From Mycobacteriales bacterium (GTDB lineage Bacteria > Actinomycetota > Actinomycetes > Mycobacteriales > HKI-0501): DNA of 64,000 bases. Shown one piece after another: positions 1-8,929 of this stretch; the first letter of the stretch is position 1, and every line of letters starts with the position of its first letter. The notes beneath the pieces are model-generated. The model ran no database searches, had not been told where the DNA came from, and was given only the letters and a program-made list of their open reading frames with translations. The DNA lies in assembly GCA_036402915.1 (NCBI GenBank), contig DASWRY010000022.1:19629-83628 (forward strand), written 5' to 3'. A program made the translations under genes and the position numbers.

Positions 1-1
1 C

Positions 2-334
2 GGTCCACTGTGGACAGCGGAGTACGGTTCGGCCCGCGACCCCGACCAGTTCCGCACGTTGCTCGCGTACTCGCCGTACCACCGGGTGACCGGCGGGGTC
101 GACTATCCCGCCGTGCTGTTCACCGTGTTCGGCGGGGACTCCCGGGTGGACCCGTTCCACGCGCGGAAGATGTGCGCGGCGCTCCAGGCCGCGACCGCCG
201 GACCCCGGCCCGTCCTGCTCCGTCACGAGGACGGGGTGGGGCACGGCGCCCGTGCGGCCGGCAGTGGCGTGGCGCTGGCCGCGGACATGCTCGCGTTCCT
301 CGCCGTCCACACCGGACTGGATCTCGGGTCGTGA
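2..334 (+). CDS. prolyl oligopeptidase (S9) family serine peptidase, C-terminal fragment (5' end outside window)
   Basis: Frame of ORF 59..334 is open to the window edge. The sequence ...YPAVLFTVFGGDSRVDPFHARKM...LLRHEDGVGHG resembles the Asp/His end of S9 peptidase domains. Its stop overlaps the next GTG (GTGA at 331-334). Confidence 0.65.
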   Translation, partial: GPLWTAEYGSARDPDQFRTLLAYSPYHRVTGGVDYPAVLFTVFGGDSRVDPFHARKMCAALQAATAGPRPVLLRHEDGVGHGARAAGSGVALAADMLAFLAVHTGLDLGS

Positions 335-1980
335 CCACGTTCGGCGAGGTGGCGCGGCGCGGCGGGGCCTGGCTCCCCGTGCTGGCGGTCGCCGACCTCG
401 CCGGTACCGCCACGTCGCTGGCCCTGCCCACGGCCCTCGGCCGTGTCGTGGACGGGGTGGTGTCCGGAGAGGATGCCACGCTCCGGATCGCCGTGGTCGC
501 GGCCCTGGTCGCGGTGGCCGTGGTGACCGAACTCGTGAGCACGTTCGCGGAGCCCGCCTGCGTCGCGCGGACGACCGCATGGCTGCGCGTGCGCCTCGTC
601 CGGCACGTGTTCGCGATCGGGCCCCGGGGCGTGCGCGGGTTCGACACCGGCGACCTCGTCACCCGCGTGTCCGGGAACGCGTCCGACGCGGCACGCGCCG
701 GGGCGACCGCCGTGACGGTCGGGACGTCGCTGCTGCCGCCGATCGGCAGCCTCGTGGCGCTCGCGTGGCTCGACGTGTGGCTGGCGGTGGCGTTCCTCGC
801 CGGCGTGGCGCTCGTCGGCCTGATCCTGCGGGGCTTCGCCCGGGGCACCGCGCAGGTCGCCTCGGCGTACCAGCAGATCCAGGGCCGGATCGCGGCCCGG
901 CTCGCCGAGTCGCTCGCGGGAGCGCGGACGATCGCCGCCGCCGGCACCGCCTACCGCGAGGAACGCCGCGTGCTCGAGCCGCTCGCCGCGCTGCACGAGG
1001 AGGGCTGGGCGACCTGGCGGCTGCTCTCCCGGGCCGGCGCGCAGGCCGCCGTCGTCGGGCCGCTCGTGCTGGTCGCGGTGCTGGCCGCGGGCGGGTACCA
1101 GCTCGTGCACGGGCGTCTGACCCCCGGCGAGCTCTTCGCCGCGAGCCAGTACGCGGTCCTCGGCGCGGGCCTCGGGGGGCTGACCGGGGTGCTCGGGACG
1201 CTCGCGCGGGCCCGGTCCGCCGTCCGCCGTGCCGCCGAGGTACTCGCCGTCGACCCGGTACGCCACGGCACCGGCGCACTGCCCGCCGGGCCCGGGCTCC
1301 TGGAGTTCCGCGGGGTGACGGTCCGGGAGGACGGCGCGGCCGTGCTGGACCACGTCGACGTCACGATCCCGGGCGGTGCGGCGGCCGCGGTCGTCGGCCC
1401 GTCCGGGGCGGGCAAGTCGGTGCTCGCCGCGCTCGCCGCCCGGCTGCGCGATCCCGACGAGGGGCTGGTGCTCCTGGACGACGTACCGCTGCGCGAGCTC
1501 CGCCACGACGTCCTGCGTACGGCTGTCGGGTGCGCGTTCGAGCGCCCGGTGCTCGTGGGTGAGACCGTCGCCGACGCCGTCGGGCTCGGGCTCGACCACG
1601 CCGCGATCGAGGCGGCCGCGCGGGCCACGCACGCGCACGAGTTCGTCAGCCGGCTCCCGGAGGGGTACGACACGCCACTCGCGAGCGCCCCGATGTCGGG
1701 CGGCGAACGTCAGCGGCTCGGGCTCGCCGGGGCCTGGCGCGCGGAGCGTCTCCTGGTGCTCGACGACGCCACCTCGAGCCTCGACATGGTCACCGAGATG
1801 CAGATCGCGCGGACCCTCACCGACGACCACGGGACGCGGACGCGGCTGATCGTGACGCACCGTCTCGCCACCGCGGCCCGCGCGGACCTCGTGGTGTGGC
1901 TCGACGGCGGGCGCGTCCTGGGGGTGGGGACGCACGAGCGGCTGTGGGAACGTCCCGCGTACCGCGAGGTCTTCGGATGA
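331..1980 (+). CDS. ABC exporter half-transporter (TMD-NBD)
   Basis: GTG at 331 lies in the frame of ORF 10..1980. The N-terminal half is hydrophobic. The NBD has Walker A GPSGAGKS, signature MSGGERQ, Walker B LLVLDDAT and H-loop VTHR. Confidence 0.8.
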   Translation: MTTFGEVARRGGAWLPVLAVADLAGTATSLALPTALGRVVDGVVSGEDATLRIAVVAALVAVAVVTELVSTFAEPACVARTTAWLRVRLVRHVFAIGPRGVRGFDTGDLVTRVSGNASDAARAGATAVTVGTSLLPPIGSLVALAWLDVWLAVAFLAGVALVGLILRGFARGTAQVASAYQQIQGRIAARLAESLAGARTIAAAGTAYREERRVLEPLAALHEEGWATWRLLSRAGAQAAVVGPLVLVAVLAAGGYQLVHGRLTPGELFAASQYAVLGAGLGGLTGVLGTLARARSAVRRAAEVLAVDPVRHGTGALPAGPGLLEFRGVTVREDGAAVLDHVDVTIPGGAAAAVVGPSGAGKSVLAALAARLRDPDEGLVLLDDVPLRELRHDVLRTAVGCAFERPVLVGETVADAVGLGLDHAAIEAAARATHAHEFVSRLPEGYDTPLASAPMSGGERQRLGLAGAWRAERLLVLDDATSSLDMVTEMQIARTLTDDHGTRTRLIVTHRLATAARADLVVWLDGGRVLGVGTHERLWERPAYREVFG

Positions 1981-4445
1981 GGCGCGAGGTGCGGTTCGGG
2001 CTCGCCGCGCTCCCCCGGCGGCGGCTGCTCGGGCTCGCGGCGTGGTCGGTCCCGGAGGCACTGCCGACCGCCCTGTTCGGGTACGCGATCGCCCGCGCCG
2101 TGGACTCCGGCTTCCTCGCCGGCCGCCCGATGGTCGGGCTGGCGTGGCTGGGGACGCTCGTCCTCGCGGGGATCGCCGGTGCGGCCGGGTCCCGGCAGGT
2201 GTACCGGCGCCTGGGCGCGCTGGTGGAGCCCTTCCGCGACGACCTCGTCCGCCGCGTGGTCCGCGGGGCACTGCGCCACGGGGTCGCGGGACGTACCGAC
2301 GACGGCGCGGTCGCCCGCCTGACGCGGCAGGTGGAGATCGTCCGCGACACGTTCGCGGGGCTGATCGTGGTGCTCCGGCAGTTCGCCGTCACGGTGGTCG
2401 GCGCGGTGACCGGCATGCTCGCGGTCGCGCCGGTCCTGGCGGTGCTGATCCTGCCGCCGTTCGTGCTCGGGGTGGCCGCGTTCGCCGCGACCCTGGGCCT
2501 CGCCGCCGACCGGTTCCGCGACGCCGTCCGGGCCGACGAGCAGGTCGCGGCGACCGCGGGCCTGGCCCTCGCCGCCACCCGCGACGTCGTGGCCCGCGGC
2601 GCGGAGGACCGTGCCACCGCGCTGGTGGCCCGGCCGGTGGCCGCGCAGGCCTCCGCGGAGCGCGCCCTCGGCCGCGTCGCGGCCCTGCGGACGTTGTGCT
2701 TCGCGGTGGGCGGCTGGCTGCCGCTGGTGGCCGTGCTCGCCGCCGCGCCGTGGCTGGCCCGCCGGGGCCTCACCGCCGGGGCGATCATGGGCGGGCTGAC
2801 GTACGTGCTCTTCGGCGTCCAGCCCGCGCTCGGGACACTCACGGGCGGGCTCGGCGGCAGCGGGCTGCGGTACGTGGTGACGCTCGGCCGGATCCTCGAC
2901 GCGACCGCGACCCCGCTGCCGCCGCCCCGGCCGGACACCGACGTCGACGGGTGCGAGCTACGGCTGCGCGGGGTCACGTTCACGTACGGCCCACACGCCG
3001 AACCGGTGCTCCACGACCTCGACCTCACCGTGCCCGAGGGTGACCACCTCGTCGTGGTGGGGGCGAGCGGCATCGGCAAGTCCACGCTGGCCGGGCTGCT
3101 CTGCGGGCTGCTGCGCCCCGGCGAGGGGACGGTGTCCCTCGGCGGGTGCCCCGTCGCGGACCTCCCCGCCGACGTGCTCGCCGACACACGGGTGCTGATC
3201 CCGCAGGAGGCGTACGTCTTCACCGGGACGGTCCGCGACAACCTCACCTACCTGAACCCGGCCGCGACCGACGCGGACCTGGACACGGCCGTGACGGCGG
3301 TGGGCGCGTCGGCGCTCGTCGCGGGCCACGGCGGGTACACCGCCGACCTCGACCCGGCCGCCCTGTCCGCGGGTGAGCGGCAGCTCCTGGCGCTGGCCCG
3401 CGCGTACCTCTCGCCCGCGTCGCTGGTCGTGCTGGACGAGGCCACCTGCCACCTCGATCCCGTGGCCGAGCGCCGCGCCGAGGAGGCCTTCGCGGCGCGC
3501 GGCGGCACGCTCGTCGTGATCGCCCATCGGCTGAGCTCGGCGCTGCGGGCCCGCCGCGTCCTCGTGCTCGACGGCGTGTCCGCGACGGTCGGCGACCACG
3601 AGACCGTGCTCGCCGCGTCGCCGCTGTACCGGGAGCTGCTGGGCGCCTGGAGCACCGCGCCCGCGCCCGAGCCCGTCCCCGAGCCCGTCCCCGAGCCGGC
3701 GCCCGTCCCCGCGCCCGAGCCCGCGCCCGCGCCCTGGTCCACCGGTGGTCCCGTACTGGACCTCGCCGGGGTCAGCGCCGGGTACGGGGACCACCCCGTC
3801 CTCCGGGACCTCGACCTGGTGCTGGCCGACGGCGACCACGTCGCGGTCGTCGGGCGGCGCGGGGCCGGGAAGTCCACGCTCGCGCGCGTCGCCGCCGGTC
3901 TGCTGCCGCCGCAGCGCGGCAAGGTGCTGCTCGGCGATGTTCCGCTCGACGCGTGGGACGCGCGGGACCTCGGCCGGTACCGCGTCGTCGTGCCGTCCGA
4001 GCCCGACCTGGCGCCGGGCACGCTGCGCGAGACGCTGACCCGGTACCGGCCCGGGGCCACGGACGCCGAGATCGGCACCGCGGTGGACGCGCTCGGCGCC
4101 GGGACGCTGGTCCGCTGGCTCGGCGGCCCGGGCGCCGCGCCGGACCATCACCGCCTCTCCGCGGGCGCGCGCCAGCTGCTCGGCCTCGTCGCCGCGTACG
4201 TGTCGGGTGCCCGGCTGGTGATCCTGGACGACGCGACCGGCGCGCTGGACCCGGCGACGGCCGGGCGCGTCGAGCGTGCCTTCGCCGCCCGGCCGGGCGC
4301 CCTCCTCGTGCTGTGCCACCGGCCGGCGTCCGTGCCGGGCGCCGGGCGCGTCCTCCTGCTCACCGGCGGGCGGCCGCTGCTCGGCACCCACGACGAGCTG
4401 CGCGCGCGGTCGCCGCTGTACCGGGAGCTGGTCGACCGCCCGTAG
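1977..4445 (+). CDS. ABC exporter half-transporter with an extra C-terminal NBD (TMD-NBD-linker-NBD)
   Basis: ATG at 1977 overlaps the upstream stop (ATGA). NBD1 has GASGIGKST, LSAGERQ, LVVLDEAT and IAHR. A Pro-rich linker follows, then NBD2 with GRRGAGKST, LSAGARQ, LVILDDAT and LCHR. Confidence 0.75.
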   Translation: MRREVRFGLAALPRRRLLGLAAWSVPEALPTALFGYAIARAVDSGFLAGRPMVGLAWLGTLVLAGIAGAAGSRQVYRRLGALVEPFRDDLVRRVVRGALRHGVAGRTDDGAVARLTRQVEIVRDTFAGLIVVLRQFAVTVVGAVTGMLAVAPVLAVLILPPFVLGVAAFAATLGLAADRFRDAVRADEQVAATAGLALAATRDVVARGAEDRATALVARPVAAQASAERALGRVAALRTLCFAVGGWLPLVAVLAAAPWLARRGLTAGAIMGGLTYVLFGVQPALGTLTGGLGGSGLRYVVTLGRILDATATPLPPPRPDTDVDGCELRLRGVTFTYGPHAEPVLHDLDLTVPEGDHLVVVGASGIGKSTLAGLLCGLLRPGEGTVSLGGCPVADLPADVLADTRVLIPQEAYVFTGTVRDNLTYLNPAATDADLDTAVTAVGASALVAGHGGYTADLDPAALSAGERQLLALARAYLSPASLVVLDEATCHLDPVAERRAEEAFAARGGTLVVIAHRLSSALRARRVLVLDGVSATVGDHETVLAASPLYRELLGAWSTAPAPEPVPEPVPEPAPVPAPEPAPAPWSTGGPVLDLAGVSAGYGDHPVLRDLDLVLADGDHVAVVGRRGAGKSTLARVAAGLLPPQRGKVLLGDVPLDAWDARDLGRYRVVVPSEPDLAPGTLRETLTRYRPGATDAEIGTAVDALGAGTLVRWLGGPGAAPDHHRLSAGARQLLGLVAAYVSGARLVILDDATGALDPATAGRVERAFAARPGALLVLCHRPASVPGAGRVLLLTGGRPLLGTHDELRARSPLYRELVDRP
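3657..3734 (+). repeat. 12-nt tandem repeat tract encoding the APAPEPVPEPVPEPAPVPAPEPAPAP linker
   Basis: The unit cccgagcccgtc occurs at 3666-3677 and 3678-3689, with degenerate copies flanking. The tract is in frame inside the ABC gene, between the two NBDs. Confidence 0.8.
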
Positions 4446-4593
4446 CGTGTCCGGTCCCGCACCGCGGATCGGGTATGTCCACCGCCCGCCGTCGCCGACC
4501 GGGTGAACCGTGGGCGCACCCCTCAACCGCCGCTGCACGGCGGCCGATGCGTCTGGTGTTCTCGTCCTGGGTACCGACACGGGGAAGGGACCG

Positions 4594-5493
4594 ATGACAG
4601 GGCACACCGACCACACCGCCGTGGTCGCCGAACGCGACCTCCTCGCGGCGGTGCTGGACAGCGCCGCCACGCTGCTGGTCGTGTTCGACCGTGCCGGGGC
4701 CGTCGTGCGCGTCAACCGGTCCTGCGAGGCGATCACGGGCGTGGCCGCGGGCGACGCCGTGGGGATCCCGGCGTGGGAGGTGATCTGCCCCGAGACCGAC
4801 CCCGCCCTCTTCCGGGCCACCCTCGCCGGCGTACAGCCGGCCGACTTCCCGCTGCACTTCGAGCTGCTCGCGGTGGGCCCGCACGGCAACCGCCGCCGCG
4901 TCGCGTGGACGTACACCGGGATCACCGACGACGCGGGCCGGCTGACCCACGTCGTCGGCGCGGGCGTCGACGTCACCGAGCAGCGGCGCGCGGAGGCGGT
5001 GCTGCGCCAGCGCGCCGAGACCGACCCGCTCACCGGTGTCCTCAACCGGGCGGCATTCGAGAGCGCCCTCGGCGCCCATCTCGACCCGGCCGTCGGGCTC
5101 GGGTGCGGGCTGCTGTTCTGCGACGTGGACCACTTCAAGGCCGTCAACGACACGTACGGCCACATCGCCGGTGACCAGGTGCTCATCGGCATCACGGAGC
5201 GGCTCCACGCGACCGTCCGGGACAGCGACATCGTGGCGCGCCTCGGCGGCGACGAGTTCGTGATCCTGCTGCCGGGTGGCGGTGCCCTCGAGGTGCGGGC
5301 GCTCGCCACCCGGATCGAGCGGGTCATGCGGCGCCCCCACATGATCGCGGACGAGCTGGTGCGCGTGGGGCTGAGCGTCGGCGTGCGGGTGGCGAACGCC
5401 GGAGACGAGCCCGCCACGGTCCTGTCGGCCGCGGACGCGGACATGTACGCGGTGAAGGCCCGCCGCGGCAGCCGCACGCTCACCGTCGCCTGA
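4594..5493 (+). CDS. PAS domain-containing diguanylate cyclase (GGDEF)
   Basis: ATG at 4594 is preceded by gggaaggga. There is a PAS-like N-terminus (LLVVFDRAGAVVRVNRSCEAITG). The GGDEF domain shows DPLTGVLNR, DVDHFKAVNDTYGH and RLGGDEFVILL. Confidence 0.85.
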   Translation: MTGHTDHTAVVAERDLLAAVLDSAATLLVVFDRAGAVVRVNRSCEAITGVAAGDAVGIPAWEVICPETDPALFRATLAGVQPADFPLHFELLAVGPHGNRRRVAWTYTGITDDAGRLTHVVGAGVDVTEQRRAEAVLRQRAETDPLTGVLNRAAFESALGAHLDPAVGLGCGLLFCDVDHFKAVNDTYGHIAGDQVLIGITERLHATVRDSDIVARLGGDEFVILLPGGGALEVRALATRIERVMRRPHMIADELVRVGLSVGVRVANAGDEPATVLSAADADMYAVKARRGSRTLTVA

Positions 5494-5576
5494 GGTCCCC
5501 TCGGCGCGCCTGCGGGCTTCTGTCGTACCTCCGTGGCACCGTGACAGACGTCCCGGAACGATGGAGGAGGTCGACG

Positions 5577-5759
5577 GTGACCGTCATCGAGCTCTACTGC
5601 GCCGAGTGCGCGACCGACCAGCAGTTCGAGCAGCCGGAGTGCGCGGACGACCACGGGTCCGACTGCCCCGACTGGTCCTGTGTCGTGTGCGGGTTCGCGG
5701 TGTTCGCCGGGCCGTTCCCGCTCGAGCTCGCCGGCACGGCCGAGCGCCGGGTGGCCTGA
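5577..5759 (+). CDS. small Cys-rich (zinc-ribbon-like) hypothetical protein, 60 aa
   Basis: GTG at 5577 lies 6 nt after GGAGGAGG (5563-5570). The Cys pattern is CAEC...C...C...CVVC. No family was recognised. Confidence 0.45.
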   Translation: MTVIELYCAECATDQQFEQPECADDHGSDCPDWSCVVCGFAVFAGPFPLELAGTAERRVA

Positions 5760-5826
5760 GCAGCAGCACCAGCCGGTACGGTCGCGAGCGTGGCCGGGCC
5801 GGAGGCGGACCGGGACGGCGGGGCCC

Positions 5827-7194
5827 TCAGCGCGCCGCGAGGAACGTGAGCAGGTCCTGCCGGGTCAGCACGCCCCGCGGCTTGCCGTCGTCGAGCACCA
5901 CGGCCGCGTCCGCCTTCTCGAGCGCCGCCATGACCGCGCTCACCGGCTCGCCCGCCCCGATCGACGGCAGCGGCGGCGACATGTGCTTCTCCAGCGGGTC
6001 GGCGAGCGACGCGTGGCCGGTGAACAGGGCGTCCAGCAGGTCGCGCTCCACCACCGCGCCGACGACCTCCCCGGAGGTCACCGGCGGCTCGCCGATGACC
6101 ACCGGCATCTGTGAGACGCCGTACTCGCGGAACACGTCGATGGCCTCGCGGACGGTCTCGTTCGGGTGCCCGTGCACGAACTCGGGCAGGACCAGGTCCT
6201 TGCGCCCCAGCACGTCGCCGACGGTCGTGTCGGTGCCCGTCGTGAGGAAGCCGTAGTCGGCCATCCAGTCGTCGTTGAAGATCTTCGAGAGGTATCCCCG
6301 GCCCGAGTCCGGCAGCAGCACGACGACGACGTCGTCCGGTCCGGCCCGCCGCGCCACGTCGAGCGCGGCGACGACGGCCATCCCGCAGCTGCCGCCGACG
6401 AGCATCCCCTCCTCGCGCGCGAGCCGCCGGGTCATGAGGAACGAGTCCCTGTCGCTCACCGCGATGATCTCGTCGGGCACCGACGGGTCGTACGCCGTCG
6501 GCCAGAAGTCCTCCCCCACGCCCTCGACCAGGTACGGCCGGCCGGTTCCGCCGGAGTACACCGAGCCCTCCGGGTCCGCGCCGACGACCCGGACCGCGCC
6601 GCCGGACGCCTCCTTCAGGTACCGCCCGGTGCCGGTGATCGTGCCGCCGGTGCCGATGCCCGCGACGAAGTGGGTGACCCGGCCGTCGGTGTCCGCCCAG
6701 ATCTCCGGCCCCGTCGAGCGGTAGTGCGACTCCGGGCCCTCCGGGTTCGTGTACTGGTCCGGCTTCCAGGCGCCCTCGATCTCGGCGACCAGCCGGTCGG
6801 AGACCTGGTAGTACGAGTCCGGGTGGGACGGCGGGACGGCCGTCGGGCAGATCACGACCTCGGCGCCGTACGCCCTGAGCACGTTGATCTTGTCCGACGA
6901 GACCTTGTCGGGGCAGACGAACACGCACCGGTACCCGCGGGTCTGCGCGACGATCGCGAGGCCGACGCCCGTGTTGCCGCTGGTGGGCTCCACGATCGTG
7001 CCGCCGGGCCGCAGCGCGCCGGACCGCTCGGCGGCCTCGATCATCCGCAGGGCGATGCGGTCCTTCACGCTGCCGCCGGGGTTGAAGTACTCCACCTTCG
7101 CGAGCACGGTCGCCGCGATGCCGCCGGTGACGTTCCGCAGCCGGACGAGCGGGGTGTTGCCGACGAGGTCGATCAGGGACTCGTGGTACCGCAC
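5827..7194 (-). CDS. cbs: cystathionine beta-synthase (PLP fold type II plus tandem CBS domains)
   Basis: The sequence LIDLVGNTPLVRL...KVEYFNPGGSVKDR...EPTSGNTGVGLA has the PLP lysine and Gly-loop motifs. The C-terminal region looks like a CBS pair. GTG at 7194 is preceded by AGGAAGG, while the longer ORF-track N-terminus is Arg/Cys-rich junk. Confidence 0.85.
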   Translation of the reverse strand: MRYHESLIDLVGNTPLVRLRNVTGGIAATVLAKVEYFNPGGSVKDRIALRMIEAAERSGALRPGGTIVEPTSGNTGVGLAIVAQTRGYRCVFVCPDKVSSDKINVLRAYGAEVVICPTAVPPSHPDSYYQVSDRLVAEIEGAWKPDQYTNPEGPESHYRSTGPEIWADTDGRVTHFVAGIGTGGTITGTGRYLKEASGGAVRVVGADPEGSVYSGGTGRPYLVEGVGEDFWPTAYDPSVPDEIIAVSDRDSFLMTRRLAREEGMLVGGSCGMAVVAALDVARRAGPDDVVVVLLPDSGRGYLSKIFNDDWMADYGFLTTGTDTTVGDVLGRKDLVLPEFVHGHPNETVREAIDVFREYGVSQMPVVIGEPPVTSGEVVGAVVERDLLDALFTGHASLADPLEKHMSPPLPSIGAGEPVSAVMAALEKADAAVVLDDGKPRGVLTRQDLLTFLAAR

Positions 7195-7370
7195 GGTGGA
7201 AACCTTCCTGCCGGCGCAAGGTCGTCCCTCACATTCAAGCAGCACACCCCAGGTGCGGCAGCGGACGCCACGGTCGGATGTGTTACCACCGGGAGTCCAC
7301 GGCACGGTGACGCGCTGCGGGCACCGTGAGTCGTACCATCCGGGGTCCGGCGACCCCCAGGAGGTACGTG

Positions 7371-7781
7371 ATGGATCTCGACGAGGCCCGGGCGGTGGTC
7401 CGGGAGCAGCACCACGCGGTGCTGGCCACGTTCCGCGCCGATGGCACCCCGCAGATGTCGCCCGTCGCCGCGGGCGTGGACGGCGACGGGCGGATCCTCG
7501 TGAGCACCCGGGAGACCGCGTACAAGGTCCGCAACCTGCGGCGCGACCCGCGCGCGTGGCTGTGCGTACTGCCGGACGCGTTCTACGGCCGGTGGATCCA
7601 GGTGTCCGGCGACGTCGAGATCGTGTCGCTGCCCGAGGCGATGGAGCCCCTGGTGGAGTACTACCGCGACGTGGCGGGCGAGCACCCGGACTGGGATGCC
7701 TACCGTGCGGCGATGGAGTCCGAGCGGCGGTGCCTGCTCCGGATCACCCCCCGCGCCGCGGGGCCCGACCGGTCCGGCTGA
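7371..7781 (+). CDS. PPOX-class (pyridoxamine 5'-phosphate oxidase-like) probable F420-dependent enzyme
   Basis: ATG at 7371 follows AGGAGG. The pattern VLATFRADGTPQMSPV...VSTRETAYKVRNLRRDPR is typical of this split-barrel family. Confidence 0.7.
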   Translation: MDLDEARAVVREQHHAVLATFRADGTPQMSPVAAGVDGDGRILVSTRETAYKVRNLRRDPRAWLCVLPDAFYGRWIQVSGDVEIVSLPEAMEPLVEYYRDVAGEHPDWDAYRAAMESERRCLLRITPRAAGPDRSG

Positions 7782-7789
7782 GCGGATCG

Positions 7790-7813
7790 CCCGTTCCGGT
7801 CGTTCCGGACGGG
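7790..7813 (+). terminator. hairpin after the PPOX gene (possible factor-independent terminator, no U-tract)
   Basis: cccgt-t-ccgg [tcgtt] ccgg-acggg gives a 9-bp stem with one bulge, 9 nt after the stop. Confidence 0.3.
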
Positions 7814-7902
7814 AAACGGACAGATGACGTCCGACCGACATTCGTGACTGCTCCGGTCGAGCTACGGTTTCGGCAGACAACCGACTCGAGGAGGCGACGC
7901 GC

Positions 7903-8925
7903 GTGGGCAGGGCGGCGACTGCACGCCGGGTGGCGGCCGCGGCGGCATACGGAGGCGGCGGGCTGGGGCTCGCGGGTGTGGCGGCGTACGGGCTGCTGCT
8001 GGGTCAGGCCAAGCTCGCCCGCCGGGCGATCCCGCGAGCGGTGCTGTCACCGCCGGTGTGCGGCGGCCTCTACGGCGCCGACCTCCCCGGTGCGCCGCTC
8101 ACGCTGGCGGTCCTCGGGGACTCCAGCGCCGCCGGGTACGGGGTCACGTTCGCCCGGGAGACGCCCGGCGCGCGGCTCGCGGCGGGCCTCGCGGAACAGG
8201 CCGGGCGCCCCGTCCGGCTGGTGTGCCGCGCGGTGGTCGGCGCCCGGTCCGAGGGCCTCGGCGTCCAGGTGGACGCGGTGCTGCCCGAGCGTCCCGACGT
8301 CAGCGTGATCATGATCGGCGGCAACGACGTGACCCACCGGGTCCGCGCGCAGGACGCCGTCCGCGCCCTCGACCGGGCCGTCCGCCGGCTGCGGGCCGCC
8401 GGGTGCGAGGTGGTCGTCGGCACCTGCCCCGACCTCGGCACGATCCGCCCGATCCAGCGGCCGCTGCGCTGGGTCGCCCGCCGGCAGAGCCGCATGCTCG
8501 CGGCGGCGCAGACGATCGCCGTCGTCGAGGCGGGCGCGCGGTCGGTGTCGCTGGGCGACCTGCTGGGGCCGGAGTTCCTGGCGAGGCCGGGCGAGATGTT
8601 CGGCGCCGACCGCTTCCACCCGTCCGCGTCCGGGTACGCCGCGGCGGCGGCCGCGCTGCTGCCGTCGATGACGGCGTCGCTCGGCATCGGGGACGTGGCC
8701 GGGGAGCTCGCGGGCCCGGGCAGCCGCGAGGGCGTGCTCCCGCTGGCGCAGGCCGCCGTCGAGGCCGCCGACGCCGCCGGTACCGAGGTGTCGGGCACCG
8801 CGCTCGCCGGCCGCGACCGCGGCACGCTGGGCCGGTGGGCACAGCTCCGGTACCGGATCCGCCTGTTCCCGGCCGCCGCCGAGGATCCCGTGGCGCGCGA
8901 GGTGCCGCGGGAGACGGCAGGATGA
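7903..8925 (+). CDS. SGNH/GDSL hydrolase family protein with N-terminal membrane anchor or signal
   Basis: GTG at 7903 follows GAGGAGG. Motifs seen are the VLGDSSAAGYGV block I, IGGNDV block III and a DRFHPS block V. Confidence 0.75.
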   Translation: MGRAATARRVAAAAAYGGGGLGLAGVAAYGLLLGQAKLARRAIPRAVLSPPVCGGLYGADLPGAPLTLAVLGDSSAAGYGVTFARETPGARLAAGLAEQAGRPVRLVCRAVVGARSEGLGVQVDAVLPERPDVSVIMIGGNDVTHRVRAQDAVRALDRAVRRLRAAGCEVVVGTCPDLGTIRPIQRPLRWVARRQSRMLAAAQTIAVVEAGARSVSLGDLLGPEFLARPGEMFGADRFHPSASGYAAAAAALLPSMTASLGIGDVAGELAGPGSREGVLPLAQAAVEAADAAGTEVSGTALAGRDRGTLGRWAQLRYRIRLFPAAAEDPVAREVPRETAG

Positions 8926-8929
8926 CGGC

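Noticed and set aside
223-2271. Long antisense or alternative-frame ORFs throughout the window. Examples: 223..2271 -, 2958..5654 -, 5594..7219 -, 8309..9715 -, 14593..16341 +, 22585..24906 +, 26684..29968 +, 37203..40328 +, 41850..43688 +, 49652..51808 -.
   Set aside because: Their translations are Arg/Pro/Gly/Ala-rich with no motifs. They lie opposite or out of frame to ORFs with clear domain signatures. This is the expected stop-codon-poor artefact of very GC-rich DNA.
7195-7370. A possible SAM/cysteine-related riboswitch or leader in the divergent cbs/PPOX spacer. It contains the inverted repeat CACGGTG...CACCGTG.
   Set aside because: I could not recognise the conserved cores of the SAM-I, SAM-IV or other sulfur-metabolism riboswitches. 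An Rfam scan would be needed to decide.
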